Shown: positions 34,601-45,709, counted from the stretch's first letter. The stretch is DNA of 64,000 nt from an uncultured delta proteobacterium (GCA_963815115.1 CAWFFN010000005.1:1376001-1440000); one strand, 5' to 3'. Notes: generated from the letters alone by a model not told the origin. Program-made: numbers and translations.

Positions 34601-37077
34601 AGCTCGAGGGCCTCCCCCCGCCCGCGAGCGAGCGCAATCACTGCATCGCGTGGAGCGACTGGGCGACGCAGCCCAAGGTCGAGAACGCGCACGGCATGCG
34701 GCTCGACACCAACTACTACTACTGGCCGCCGGACTGGGTGCAGGATCGGCCGGGGCTGTTCACCGGGTCCGGCATGCCCATGCGCTTTGCCGACGTCGAC
34801 GGCACGATGATCGATGTCTACCAGGCCGTCACCCAGATGACCGACGAATCGGGGCAGACGTTCCCGTTCACGATCGACACCCTGCTCGACCGTGCCCTCG
34901 GCCCGGAGGGCTACTACGGCGTCTTCACGGCCAACATGCACACCGACAGCGAGGCGTCGGACGGCTCCGACGCCATCGTCGCCTCCGCGCAGGCGCGCGG
35001 CGTGCCGATCGTGTCGGGACGCCAGATGCTCGAATGGCTCGACGGGCGCAACGGCGCCGCCTTCGGCTCGATCTCGTGGAGCGTCGACACCCTGCGGTTC
35101 ACGGTCGGCGTGGCGGCGGGCGTGAACGGCCTGCAGGCGATGCTGCCGACGCACTCCGCGCGCGGCGTGCTCGGCACGATCACGCTCGGCGGGAGTCCCG
35201 TCGCCTTCACCCCGCGCACGATCAAAGGCATCGAGTACGCGTTCTTCCCCGCCGCCGCCGGCCAGTACGTCGCCCGCTACCCCGTGCCCGGCGACACCGA
35301 CGGCGACGGATGGGCGCCGCCCGCGGACTGCAACGATCACAACGCAGCGATGTTCCCCGGCGCGCCGGAGCTGTGCGACGGCCTCGACAACGACTGCAAC
35401 GGCACGGCCGACGATCCCTTCCCCGACGTCGGCGCCGCCTGCACGGTGGGTGTCGGAGCGTGCGCGGCCACCGGCCTCCGCGTCTGTACCGGCGAGGGGA
35501 CGAGCACCGTCTGCAACGCGATCCCGGGCACGCCCACGACCGAGCGTTGCGACGGGATCGACAACGACTGCGACGGGCAGGTGGACGAGGCGTTCACCGA
35601 TCTGAACACCGCGTGCACGGTGGGGGTGGGCGACTGCTCCAGGACCGGCGTGAAGGTCTGTCTCGGCAACGGATCGGGCACCACGTGCAGCGTGACGCCG
35701 GGAACGCCCACGACCGAGGTCTGCGACGGACACGACAACGACTGCGACGGTCAGATCGACGACTCGCCATCCGATGCCGGCCAGCCCTGTAACACCGGCC
35801 AGCTCGGCACCTGCGCGGCCGGCACCCGCCAGTGCCAGGGCGGCGCGTTGCAGTGCGTGCGCAACACGGGTCCTTCGGGGGAACGCTGCAACGGCCTGGA
35901 CGATGACTGCGACGGCAGCGTCGACGAGACCTTCGCCGACCTCGGTGGCACGTGCAGCGTCGGTATCGGCGACTGCGCGCGAACCGGCGTGAAGGTGTGT
36001 CTCGGCGACGGCTCGGGCACCACCTGCGGTGCGACCCCGGGAGCACCCGCAACCGAGATCTGCGACGGGCACGACAACGACTGCGACGGTCAGATCGACG
36101 ATGGGAATCCGGGGGGCGGCGGGAGCTGCACCACCGGCCAGCAGGGCGTGTGCTCGGCGGGCACGATGCAGTGCCAGAGCGGTGGGCTGGTGTGCGTCCG
36201 CAACGTCAACCCGACCTCGGAGACCTGCAACGGCGTCGACGACAACTGTAACGGTGCGGTCGACGAGGGAACCGGTGGTGGAAGCTGCACGACGGGACTG
36301 CCCGGCGTGTGTGCGGAGGGAACCCGCCAGTGTCAGGGGGGAACCCTGCTGTGCGTCGCGAATGCGGCAGTCCCCGAGATCTGTGACGGGCAGGACAACG
36401 ACTGCGACGGCGCGATCGACGAAGGCAATCCAGGTGGCGGCGCCGCCTGCACCACCGGTGAATCGGGCGTCTGCGCCGCGGGGACGATGCGCTGCGAGGA
36501 GGGAACGCTGACCTGCGTGCGCGACGTGGAGCCATCGGGCGAGCTCTGCGGCACCGGCCTCGACGAGGACTGCAACGGACAGACCGACGAGCCGGGCTGC
36601 ATCGATTGTCTCCCGGCCGACAGCGTGACGGCGCCCACCCAGACGCTGAAGACGTCGGTCAAGCTGTCGCCCACGGCCGCTCGCGACAGCGCCCAGACCA
36701 AGGGCAGCTTCCGGCTGCCGTCGGGTCTGACGCTGGCGCCGGACGGACAGGACGTGATGCTGCGGCTCACGGACGGCACCGGAACGACCTACTACTCGGG
36801 CACGATCCCCGCCGGCAGCTTCGTCGCGTCCAGCAGCCGGCGCAGCTTCAAGTTCAACGACCGGACCATGGCGCACGCGGGTGTCCGCGCGAGCAAGTTC
36901 ACCGTCGCGGGGGACGGCACGCTCGTCAAGTACAGCTTCAAGATGAAGGGGCTCGACGAGCCGCCGTTCATCGCTGGCACGGGCACGGCACTCATCAAGA
37001 TCGGCCCGCGCTGCTTCGCGGACCCGTCGGATGCGTGCACCCTCTCCGGCTCGGGCCGGGCGGCGCGCTGCAAGTGA
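31660..37077 (+). CDS. Large secreted protein: N,N-dimethylformamidase beta-like domain, Ig-like domain, deacetylase-like domain, PF11617-type repeats
   Basis: GGAGG RBS; TTWQAYNQYGGNSLY, VSYNRP, SVGHDEYWS, FFSGNEVFWK; CDGxDNDCDG repeats. Confidence 0.85.
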   Translation: MQGRATRGMLLATAIAVTLSASAHAAPCDTPANPIVAENCLPGDSPDTWDVSGAGDPSIQGFATDISVNRGQTVLFKIDTDSTSYRLDIYRIGYYGGMGARRVATVQPTASLPQNQPACLTDPSTGLVDCGNWAVSASWNVPTNATSGIYFALLVREDATPGASHVVFVVRDDNGGSDLFFQTSDTTWQAYNQYGGNSLYVGSPAGRAFKVSYNRPFTTRGPTPEDWVFNAEYPMVRWLEANGYDVSYTTGVDTARRGAELLEHRVFLSVGHDEYWSGDQRANVEAARDAGLHLAFFSGNEVFWKTRWENSVDGSSTPYRTLVTYKETHANAKIDPLPNVWTGTWRDPRFSPPADGGRPENGLTGTIFTVNCCSDAITVPSADGRMRFWRNTTVASLGPGQTATLPPETLGYEWDEDLDNGVRPPGLVRLSTTTLTEPQRLLDFGSNYGTGTATHRLVLHRQPNGALVFGAGTVQWSWGLDDNHDRGSAPPDVRMQQATVNLLADMGVQPATRQPGLVAATASTDGSPPSAAITSPADGAVVASGGTVAISGTAADGGGGVVGGVEVSVDGGTTWHPASGRAAWSYSWTVPVQSGSITLLARAVDDSGNLGAPGAPVTVTTGGFQDPNQGPGGPILVITRPADPFGRYYAEILRAEGLQAFAVADIASVSASTLAGYDVVVLASMPLNAAQVSMLTSWVTAGGNLIAMRPDAQLASLLGLTAAGSPLSNAYLLVNTAAGPGAGIVGQTIQFHGAADRYTTSGATAVATLYANASSATANPAVTLRSVGTMGGQAAAFTYDLARSVVYTRQGNPAWAGQERDGTPPRRSDDLFFGNAAGDPQPDWVDLGKVAIPQADEQQRLLANLILQMNLDRKPLPRFWYLPRGLQAAVLMSGDDHGNGGTAGRFDGYIADSPPGCSVPDWECVRSTSYVYPGTPNLDNAVGYSAEGFEISIHVLTNCEDWTPASLDAFFDNQLDALESQLEGLPPPASERNHCIAWSDWATQPKVENAHGMRLDTNYYYWPPDWVQDRPGLFTGSGMPMRFADVDGTMIDVYQAVTQMTDESGQTFPFTIDTLLDRALGPEGYYGVFTANMHTDSEASDGSDAIVASAQARGVPIVSGRQMLEWLDGRNGAAFGSISWSVDTLRFTVGVAAGVNGLQAMLPTHSARGVLGTITLGGSPVAFTPRTIKGIEYAFFPAAAGQYVARYPVPGDTDGDGWAPPADCNDHNAAMFPGAPELCDGLDNDCNGTADDPFPDVGAACTVGVGACAATGLRVCTGEGTSTVCNAIPGTPTTERCDGIDNDCDGQVDEAFTDLNTACTVGVGDCSRTGVKVCLGNGSGTTCSVTPGTPTTEVCDGHDNDCDGQIDDSPSDAGQPCNTGQLGTCAAGTRQCQGGALQCVRNTGPSGERCNGLDDDCDGSVDETFADLGGTCSVGIGDCARTGVKVCLGDGSGTTCGATPGAPATEICDGHDNDCDGQIDDGNPGGGGSCTTGQQGVCSAGTMQCQSGGLVCVRNVNPTSETCNGVDDNCNGAVDEGTGGGSCTTGLPGVCAEGTRQCQGGTLLCVANAAVPEICDGQDNDCDGAIDEGNPGGGAACTTGESGVCAAGTMRCEEGTLTCVRDVEPSGELCGTGLDEDCNGQTDEPGCIDCLPADSVTAPTQTLKTSVKLSPTAARDSAQTKGSFRLPSGLTLAPDGQDVMLRLTDGTGTTYYSGTIPAGSFVASSSRRSFKFNDRTMAHAGVRASKFTVAGDGTLVKYSFKMKGLDEPPFIAGTGTALIKIGPRCFADPSDACTLSGSGRAARCK

Positions 37078-37096
37078 TCTAGCCGGCGCGACGGCG

Positions 37097-37860
37097 CTAC
37101 AGCTCCCACTCGACGGGGAACATCGGATCGGGCCGGTAGGCACAGAAGAGTCCGGTCTGCACGGCGCGGTCGAGGTGACGGCCGAGGACGGGGCACCCGG
37201 CCTCGATCCTGCGCACGACCTTGCGCACTGCCCGGGTGACGTTCAGCCGTGCCCGCTCGGCGTCCGAACCTGCCTTGCGGGCGCGTCCGCCCAGGCCGGT
37301 CGCGCGATTGAGCTCGTCGGCGAGCATCTCCATCTCCTCGCGCAGCCGGGCGGCACGTCCGATGTCGTTGAACTCCTGCGCCTCCTGCAGCTCGCCCTGG
37401 AGCTCGCCGAGCCGCGCCTTGTAGGCGCGGCGGGCGTCGGCGTCGAGCATCTCGCCGGAATCGCCGGCGTGCAGGTCCTCGGCGCCTCCGAGGTCGAGGG
37501 CATGAAATTCGTGGCCCGGGTTGCGGAAGGAACTCGAGGAGGTACGCGACGCCCTTCATGTCCTTGAGGCGCGTGAGCTCGTCGTCGCAGGTGACCCTCC
37601 ACACGTCGCCTTCGTGACGCAGGCTGGCGATGCGTGGCGCACCGACGGCTGGGGCGAGCGCCACCGCGACGGCCGCCGGTGTCCGCGACGCCGCCTCGTC
37701 TGCCGCCAGCCGCTCCTGCAGGGCGACGAGCTCGAGCCGCGCCGCCGTGGCGGCCGCTTCCGCGCTCAGCGTGGCGGCGCGCTCCCGATCGCCGCGCTTC
37801 CCGCGCGCGCGCAAGCTGCGCGCCAGCTCGTGCTGGGTGTAGTGAGCGGGTCCGGATCGG
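37097..37860 (-). pseudogene. C-terminal fragment of an ATPase/TPR-type regulator, frameshifted
   Basis: LRHEGDVW...KGVAYL / LDADARRAYKARL...ERARLNVTRA...HLDRAVQTGLFCAY. Confidence 0.65.
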
Positions 37861-37947
37861 GTCAAGCGCACGGCGCCCGCACCCGACGTCCTTTTCCACT
37901 TCACGCGCGCAATGGATCCGTGGTAGGCGGGAGCGGGGGGAACGCCA

Positions 37948-40785
37948 GTGTTGCGATTCGCAGCTCTTGGCTCGCTCGTCGTCGCCCTCACTGGGTCGCC
38001 GGTCCGTGCCACCACCGCTCAGGATCTCTGCGGCAACCCCGTTCCCGATCCCTGCCGGATCACGACGTACCGCGCGGTGGCGCCCGGATCTGTTCTCGAC
38101 TTTCGCCCCGGCGCTCTCATCCTCGCGGCGAATGGAATCCTCGACGCCGGCGCTGGTCAGATGGGGATCGTCGCCCGCGCCGTGACGCTCGGGTCCGGAT
38201 CCCGGCTGCTCGCGGCCGGCGGCCGGGTCAGCGTCCTCGCGGAAGATCGCATCACGGTCGACGCTGCGGCCAGGATCGACGTCTCGGCCACGGGCGGCGG
38301 CGGGGCGATCGTGCTGTTCGCGCTCGCCGACGTCCTGATCGACGGCGCGCTGCGCGCGAGGGGGGTCGGGATACCCGCGTTCGGCGGATCGATCTTCGTC
38401 GCGGCCGACGCCGCGGTCCGCCTCGACGACGTGGACGCCAGCGGTGGCTCCCAGGCGTATCCGATCACAGATCGGGCGAGCGTCCGCGTCGTGGCCGGCG
38501 GCCGTGTGGATCTGAACGGCCTCGTCGACGCCTCGCACGGCGAGTGCCTGACCTGCTCGATCGACGTCAAGGCGGGCGGCGACCTCACCGCGCAGAAGCT
38601 GGACGTGCACGCGACGGGCCCGTCGGGCAACGGCGGCTCGATCACGGTCGAGAGCGAGGGCTCGATCAGGCTGAACGGTGATCTCGCTGCGCCCGGGGGC
38701 GGCGGCGACCCGGATTTCGGCGGTGGCGGCGGTGAGGTCGAGGTGACCGCGCACGACGACCTCGCGGTGAACGGCTCGATCCTCCTCGGGGGCACGGCGC
38801 CCGACGGCGATGGCGGCACGTTCGACCTGCAGGCGGGCGGTGACCTCCGGATCGCCACCTCGTCCGTGCTCGACACGGAAGGCGGTGGTGAAGGCTGCGG
38901 TGGCTCCCCCAGCTCGCTCGACGCGGGGCGCGATCTCACCATCGGACGGATCAAGGCGGGCGGCGACTCCTGCGGCGGAGGATCACTCGACGCGTCGGCC
39001 GGGCGCGACGTGACGGTGCTGGGTCGGGTCACCGCGGGCGCCAACGCGGACGGCTCCGGGGGAGACGTGACGATCACCGCGGCGCGCGCGGCGGACATCC
39101 GTGCCGACCTCGACGCCAGTGGGGCGGCGGCCGGGAGCGGGGGCTCGGTCCTGGTCGAGGGTTGTACGGTGAGCATCCTGGCCGGCGTCGTGATCCAGAC
39201 GAACGGCTCCGACGGCGGCAACACGCTGCTCGCCCATGGCCTGATGACGGTCGCGGGGCGTCTCGAAGCGGGCGGCGCGAACGTCCTCGCCTTCGGCAAC
39301 CCCGCCAGCCCGCCGATCATCACCGGAGCGGTCGTCCCCCCGACGACCCCGAGACTCGATCCGACTCTGACCCCCTGCGCCGGACTGGCCGCGTGCGGCG
39401 ATGGGACGCGCGACGCATCCGAGGAATGCGACGACGGCAACACGGAGTCCTGCGACGGATGCTCGGCCAGCTGCCAGGTCGAGCTCTGCGGCAACGGCCG
39501 GCTGGACTGCGGCGAGGTGTGCGATCCACCGGACCTCGAGCACTGCGACGCCGCCTGCCAGGTGCTGCCCCAGGCCATCGTCACGCTTCCCGGCGCGCCT
39601 CGTCGAAACGGCTGCGAGCTCGAGTGGAAGGTGGAGCTCGGCGATCCGACCCTGGACTCGCATGGCCTCCCGAAGACGACCCAGAGCTGCATCGACGGGG
39701 ATACCGCCTGTGACGCCGACGCCGCCAACGATGGCCGCTGCACGATCCGGACACGCGTCTGCCTGCGCGCCCGCGACCCGCGACTTCCCGACTGTGCGCC
39801 GGGCGCGATCGACAGCGTCAAGATGAAGTCCCCGTTGCCTCTGAATTCCGACGACCCGACCGACGTCGCCAACGCGAACGTCCTGCGCGATGCGCTGAGC
39901 GCTCTGGGCGTGACCGTGAAGCAGGGGACCACGGTCCTGCACGCCGGCGTTCCGGATCCCCAGCTCGATCACTGCACCCCGCCGCTCTCGCTGGTCGTGC
40001 CGCATGGCGCGAGGAAGGAGCGCCGCCGCTTCGACCTCGGCGCCCAGGACGTCGACGGCCACGTCATGACCGGCAACCCGCTGAGGCTCGACTGTGCCCC
40101 GAGCACCGCGGTGTGCGGAGACGGCGTCGTCGGCACGGGCGAGAACTGCGACGATGGCAACACGCAGGGGTGCGACGGCTGCTCGCCGACCTGCCATGCG
40201 GAGGCGTGCGGCAACGGCGTCATCGACTGCAACGAGCAGTGCGACGCCGGCATGCCGAACCCGCCGCCCGCGACCGGCTGCACGGCGGCCTGCACGGAGA
40301 CCCCGCCCGCACTGCGCATCCCGGGTGGCGGCGGCCGCCCGGTCGACTGCGCCCAGGAATGGGCGCTGGTCCTCGACGCGAGCGAGACCGCGGTCGACGG
40401 ACGGGGCGTTCCGAAGACCACCCAGGAGTGCGTCGACGACGATCCCCGGTGCGACTTCGACGCGACGTCCGGTACCTGTCGCCTGCACGTCTTCTCGTGC
40501 CTGGGAGGCGCTGATGTCCGGCTGGGATGCCCGGCTGCCACCGTCGCCAGCGTCGACGTGGTGCAGCCGCGCGTTTCGGACGGCGGCACGGTTCGCGATG
40601 CGCTGATCGGTGCCCTGAGCGAGCTGCACCTCCCGGTGGGTCCCGGAGAAGCGTGTACGCGGCGGGTCGACGTCGACGTGCCGGCGGGGAGGAAGGGCGC
40701 CGTGCTCAAGCTGAGCGCCGCCCTGGCCAGCGGGAAACCAGACCGCGACAAGCTGAAGGTCCGCTGCCTTCCCGCCGCCCCGTGA
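37948..40785 (+). CDS. Secreted protein with Gly-rich beta-helix-like region and DUF4215 (myxobacterial Cys-rich) repeats
   Basis: Signal-like start; GxGG-I repeats; CGDG..EECDDGN..DGCS motifs. Confidence 0.8.
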   Translation: MLRFAALGSLVVALTGSPVRATTAQDLCGNPVPDPCRITTYRAVAPGSVLDFRPGALILAANGILDAGAGQMGIVARAVTLGSGSRLLAAGGRVSVLAEDRITVDAAARIDVSATGGGGAIVLFALADVLIDGALRARGVGIPAFGGSIFVAADAAVRLDDVDASGGSQAYPITDRASVRVVAGGRVDLNGLVDASHGECLTCSIDVKAGGDLTAQKLDVHATGPSGNGGSITVESEGSIRLNGDLAAPGGGGDPDFGGGGGEVEVTAHDDLAVNGSILLGGTAPDGDGGTFDLQAGGDLRIATSSVLDTEGGGEGCGGSPSSLDAGRDLTIGRIKAGGDSCGGGSLDASAGRDVTVLGRVTAGANADGSGGDVTITAARAADIRADLDASGAAAGSGGSVLVEGCTVSILAGVVIQTNGSDGGNTLLAHGLMTVAGRLEAGGANVLAFGNPASPPIITGAVVPPTTPRLDPTLTPCAGLAACGDGTRDASEECDDGNTESCDGCSASCQVELCGNGRLDCGEVCDPPDLEHCDAACQVLPQAIVTLPGAPRRNGCELEWKVELGDPTLDSHGLPKTTQSCIDGDTACDADAANDGRCTIRTRVCLRARDPRLPDCAPGAIDSVKMKSPLPLNSDDPTDVANANVLRDALSALGVTVKQGTTVLHAGVPDPQLDHCTPPLSLVVPHGARKERRRFDLGAQDVDGHVMTGNPLRLDCAPSTAVCGDGVVGTGENCDDGNTQGCDGCSPTCHAEACGNGVIDCNEQCDAGMPNPPPATGCTAACTETPPALRIPGGGGRPVDCAQEWALVLDASETAVDGRGVPKTTQECVDDDPRCDFDATSGTCRLHVFSCLGGADVRLGCPAATVASVDVVQPRVSDGGTVRDALIGALSELHLPVGPGEACTRRVDVDVPAGRKGAVLKLSAALASGKPDRDKLKVRCLPAAP

Positions 40786-40794
40786 CGGCGGTGC

Positions 40795-42265
40795 TCAGCC
40801 GCGCGCGGCCGCGGCTTCGCCGCCGACGCCGAGGGCGCGGTGCAGCAGACCAATCAGGTGAGGCCGCATGCGCCCCGCAGGTACGACGGCGTCGAGCGAG
40901 CCGACACGCCGCGCGCGTTCGACCGAGTGGACGGCGTCGAACTCGTCGGCGATCCGTCGCTGCGCCGCCAGGACCGCGTCGTCCATTGCACGCTGCAGCG
41001 CCGCCCGCGCCTCTCCGCTCGGATGCGGGCCGAGCGCACCGCGGAGGCGTTGCACGGTCGGGTCGGCGGCGGCCCGTGCCCGCACCTCGCGCGTGAGCAC
41101 GACGGCCGCGGCCGGCGCTCCTCCGATCACCGAAGCGTAGGAGCCCTCCAGCGCCGAGGCGTCGAGCGCCGGGTTCAGCGCCCTGGAGAATACGACGTAC
41201 GCGTCGCCGTGATAGCGCGAGACCACCAGGAAGCAGATCGGACCCTCGAACTCGACCACCGCGCGGGCGATCTCGGCGCCGTGCTCGAGCTGGAGGTTCC
41301 GCATCGACTCCGGTGAGCCGTCGAAGCCGGAGAGGTTGGCGAGCACGACGGCTGGCCGGTTGCCGCTCGCCGCCCCGAGCGCGCGCGCCACCTTCTTCGA
41401 GGACAGCGGGAAGAGCGTGCCGCCGGTCCACGCCGCCGGGCCATCCGACGGCCGATACCCCTCGCGGAGCACGGGCCGGCTTTCGATGCCGATCAGGCAT
41501 ACCGGGATCCCGCCGACATGCGCATCCCAGACGATGGCAGTCTCGGCGTTCGCCCACCGGCGCCAGCGCTCGAGCCAGTCGCCGTCCTGATCGATGAGGG
41601 CCTGCATGACGGCCCGCATCGCGAACGGTCGCTTGCGGCCGGCATTGGTGCGCTCGTCGAAGATGCTGCCGACGGTGGCGAAGCCGTCGTCGGAGTCGCT
41701 CACATAGGGATAGTCGCGGACGTCGCGGTCGAACGGATCGTCTGTGAGGTGCGAGCGGGGACGACGTTCGCCGGGTGCGACGTAGGTGAAGCGATAGTGT
41801 GCGTACAGGGTACGATAGGCGCCCAGCAGGTCGGGCGCGTCGTACTGCCCTTCGCCGTTGAGCCCCATCACCCGCTCATAGCCGCCGATCGCCACCTCGT
41901 CCTCCGCCGCGACGCTGCCCGAGGCCTCGAGCGCGGCCCGGCCCGTGAGAACCATCGAGGCCCCGGGCGTCATCACGAGCGCGCCGCGCGTGTGCATGAG
42001 CATCGTGGCGAGCGCATTCCAGTAGCTCTGTGCGCCCACGTTCACCCCCGACACCAGCACATGGATGACGCCGCCCCGGCGCGTGAAGGAGACGATTCGC
42101 CGCACGACACGGGCGGTCGCATCGAGATTCTCGGTTCCGCTGTCCATGGCGATGCGGGCGCCGCTCGAGATTGGCACCCACTCCAGCGGCACCCCGCGTG
42201 CCTCGGCGAGATCGATGGCGGCCACGATGCGATCGCATTCGGCACCGCCGAGCGCACCCATCTCC
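40795..42265 (-). pseudogene. C-terminal carboxyltransferase part of a large acyl-CoA carboxylase, 5'-truncated by copy J
   Basis: SSGARIAMDSGTEN, NVGAQSYWNA, LANLSGFDGSPES, ASVIGGAPAAAVV; begins at the repeat end. Confidence 0.85.
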
Positions 42266-42353
42266 TGTTACGGAGCGTGCGAAAATGCGGCGAAGGTCCG
42301 GGATGGGGCGTTCTGTAAGCCTCCGCGGCAAAAGGCCCTTCGTCGTGCCTATC
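42266..42353 (+). repeat. oriIS-like mini-element copy J (identical to copy I)
   Basis: Same 88-bp sequence followed by AGCTCC. Confidence 0.95.
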
Positions 42354-42993
42354 AGCTCCCCGCCGGACACGTCCTGGTGCTCGACGGCATCGCCTGGGGC
42401 GCCAGCGCTGGGATGCCGGGACGCCTGATCGGCATCCTCGTCGACATCAACGGCGATTTCACCAACGCACCCTGGAACGACAGCGCCATCGCCGACTCCG
42501 TCGGAGACGTCGCACACGACGTGTTCATCCCGAACATCCCAATCAAGAGCGGCGTGACACCGTGCCTGCACAGCGGCGGCACGATCACGCGCGGCATCGT
42601 TCACGGCTTCCTCACCAACGACAGATAGCTTCTTCATCCAGCGGGCCGCCCGGCGCACCCGCGTCGGGCGGCGCCATCTCGCCTCTGCACGATCCGCTGG
42701 GAATTGTGAGATAAACCGATCCGGGGCCATCTGCGGAACAGCGGTGTTCGGCTCCGGCTTCAGCGCGACGCAGAATGCCTTTCGCTACGACGGATCGGGG
42801 CTTCCGGTCGACCTCGGCCCTAAGGAAATGGGTTACGACGTGTCCCAGTGCACCGGCCGCGCCGGGTCGGGACGGTAGACGCAGAAGTACCCGCGCCGCA
42901 CCGTCGCCGTCAGATGCCGGCCGAGCTCGGGATGACTCGCCGCGATCCGCTCGAGCGCGCCCTTGAGGCCCTTCGTCACCGCCACCCGAGGCC

Positions 42994-43078
42994 GATAGGA
43001 GCGATGAACGGGGTTTTGCGAAGGTTTACGGAACGCCCCATCTCGGACGTTCGCCGCGTGTTCGCCTGCTCCGTAACA
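42994..43078 (-). repeat. oriIS end of the IS91/ISCR element (copy K)
   Basis: Downstream of the transposase on the same strand; ends CCCGTTCATCGCTCCTATC, similar to IS91/ISCR oriIS. Confidence 0.85.
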
Positions 43079-43229
43079 ACGCAGCGCACAATCGGTGGGC
43101 CGGGGTGGCCGCAGGGGTCCTCCCGTGGGGCCGGGGCCGCCGTCGGGAACCCGACTGGGCGGTGGTCAGTCGCCAGACATCGCCGGGCGGACACACCCCG
43201 GGCGTCGGCGCGGGCACCGGTGGACGGGC

Positions 43230-44912
43230 TCAGCTCCAGTCGAACAGGTCGGACGGCGCCGGCCGGAGCGCTGACGCCTCGGTCGGGAGCCCGAGGTGGG
43301 TGAGAATCCTCCGGATGACGACGGGGTCCTCGATGGTGGCCACGACGCGCATGCGGCCGCCACACCGGAGCACAAGCCAACACGTCCACCCCGAACGTAT
43401 GCCGCATCAGCTCCGGCCACGACCACTTGCGCGACGCCGGCGGTGGGGGCGCCTCCACGCTCACGGTGGTGGCCGGGTCTCGACTCGTCACCGGCGCCGG
43501 AGCCGACAGCGGGTTCGCTCTGGTGTCCGCCGAGCGTCACGACGGGATCGCGGTGCGCCGCAACACTCACCTCCAGTCCGCCGTCGGACGGCGGTGCGTT
43601 CGATGGAACGGGCGGAGTTGCCGACCCGCACGCGACCGCAGCGTTGCGACCGACGGGGGCGAGGGTGTCCCGCCCGTAGGCGACCGCCCGGGCGCGCCAC
43701 CGACTGTGCGGCGCTAACACACCATGGTATAGAACGAGGTTGATCGCGCGGGCGCGGCGTGAGCGCCGCCAGCCGTTCGAGCAACTCGATCGGTTCGAAC
43801 AAGAGGTGCGTGGTGCCGTCGCTCCATTCCGCCTTCAAGGTGAGGAGCACGCGGCCATCGGCGGTGCGGCTCAACCGTTCCTGCGCGATCGGCGGCCGCA
43901 GGACGTAGCGCGCGAGCTGTTCCAGCCCGTCGCGGTTGTTCGCCGCGACGGCGACGTTGGCGTGGAGATCGAAGCCGTCCAGGTGGGCCTGGCGGGTGCC
44001 GGTGGTGGTCACCCAGGGCGCGCCCGGCACGCGGCCGAGCTGCAGCACCCGCGCCCCGGCCCGCGGCCCGAGGGCGCTGCGGCCCTGGACCGCCGCACTC
44101 GTGATGCCGGCGAGCGCGAGGGACGTCTCGGCCAGGGGATCGCGCGCGTCGTCGTCTTCGGCCTCCACGAACACCCCGCGCCGCCGCAGCAGGCGCAGGA
44201 CGCGGGTGCGGATGGTGGCGACGAGCCGGGCGACCTCGGCATCGGTCGGCGCCGGGGCCGGGTGGAAGCGCAGCGTGCCGTCGGCGGCTTCCGTGAACAC
44301 GCCGTCGAGGAACAACGCGTGGCTGTGCACGTTGAGCTGGAGGCCCGAGCCAAAGCGTTGGATCACCGTCACCGAGCCGGAGTCGCCGTCGATCCCCCCG
44401 GCGCGCCGCGCCCGCCGACGATACCAGCCGAGCACGGCCCGCAGGAACACCCCGATGACGGCCCGACAGAGTGCGTGGTCGAAGGCGAGCCGGTAGCGCA
44501 GCCGGTGGGGGACGGTGAGCACCCATTGCCGGACCGGGACCCAGGGCAGGATCGCCTGGACGAGATTCGCCGCCTGCTCCGCCATGCGCCGCCCGCCGCA
44601 ACTGGCGCAGACCGCGCGGCCTTTGCAGGACAGCGGCAGGAGGCGCTCGAACGCACAGTCGTCGCACCGGACCCGCAAAAAGCCATGGACGAGCAGCCCG
44701 CAGCGGAGGAAGCCGCGGAGCTCGCGCTCGATGAAGCGGGGCAGGCCGACCCCGTCGGTGCGGGCGGCGGCCGCGGCGAGGAAGGTCTCCAGATGCTCCT
44801 GGACCACCCCGTGCAGGACCGTGTCGGCGGCGGCGCGCGGAGCGTAGGGAGCCACGGCGCGGGGCCCAGCGGCTTCCGTGCCGTGCGGCAACGCCTCGCT
44901 GCAGGACGCCAA
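43230..44912 (-). pseudogene. IS91/ISCR-family rolling-circle (HUH Y2) transposase with frameshifts
   Basis: Zn-finger CG..HGF..C..C...SCKGRAVCASCG; QWVLTVP; QRFGSGLQLNVHSH; GFDLHA; ARYVLRPP; LYHGVLAP; C-terminal ...IRRILTHLGLP. Confidence 0.9.
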
Positions 44913-45179
44913 GACGAGCTGGCACTGGGCACCGAGGCGGCGGGGTCAACACCCGGCGCAACCGCGCGTTACACTGCCGGCCATCGGTCGGCTCGCTACG
45001 ATCTGCTACGACCGCGTGCGCGGGCCAGGCTCGATGATCAAGTCCTCGGGGAGGTCGTCGTCCTGGGGGTGTGGGTTGCGGAGGGTGACCGCCCAGCGCC
45101 GGATCGGCTTGCATCAGCGCCGCGATGCCCGTCGGAGGCCGAAGCCGGAAGTGCCACTCGTCCCGAGGGAACACCGCGG

Positions 45180-45360
45180 TCCGCGCGACGAGCGCGTCCG
45201 CGACGAGCGTGGCCATATCGTCATGCCCCCCGGGCGCATGGTCGATGCTGTCTCGGTCGCTGCGGCTGGTCCGGCCTTCGAGCCCGATGAGCCGAGTGGC
45301 CAGCCAAGACACCTCGAGCAACTCGGCCCGACCGGCTTTCACGAGCGGGAGAAAGTCGAG
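45180..45360 (-). pseudogene. Phage terminase large subunit C-terminal fragment
   Basis: FLPLVKAGRAELL...LIGLEGRTSRSDRDSIDHAPGGHDDMA. Confidence 0.6.
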
Positions 45361-45709
45361 GTTAGCGGTCGCTCTTCCACCGCTCAGCGATGAACGACGC
45401 CGTGCGCGAGTTACTGCGTGCCCTGGCCCTCCCGGCTCAAGAGCAAATACATTACTGATGAGGCTTGCGAAGTGAGAGGAAGGCATGCTTGAAGGTCGGC
45501 AGGAAGCAGCGATGGATGCGTTTGCGCTGACGGATGGGTGGCCCGGATCACCACGCCGCGCGGGGGCGTCGGCGGATACCTGTGTGATCACGAGGTGAGG
45601 AAGGTAGCCGCGGCAACCCAACCCCGCCCCCTGCGCGCTCCCTCCGGGTCGTTCCCTCCGCCATGGGGCGACAGCTGGTGAGAACACCAGAGCAAACGGA
45701 GGACGCGCC

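Noticed and set aside
31642-37143. Long antisense ORFs (959 aa, 848 aa; likewise 55553-58756, 58537-61191 and the 5' part of 56711-61651)
   Set aside because: Shadow frames of real high-GC genes with Arg/Ala/Gly-rich, motif-less translations.
42620-42640. CAGATAG at 42623 (and similar at 132 and 13371) as ori ends
   Set aside because: No further similarity to the unit; at 42623 it is simply a stop codon context.
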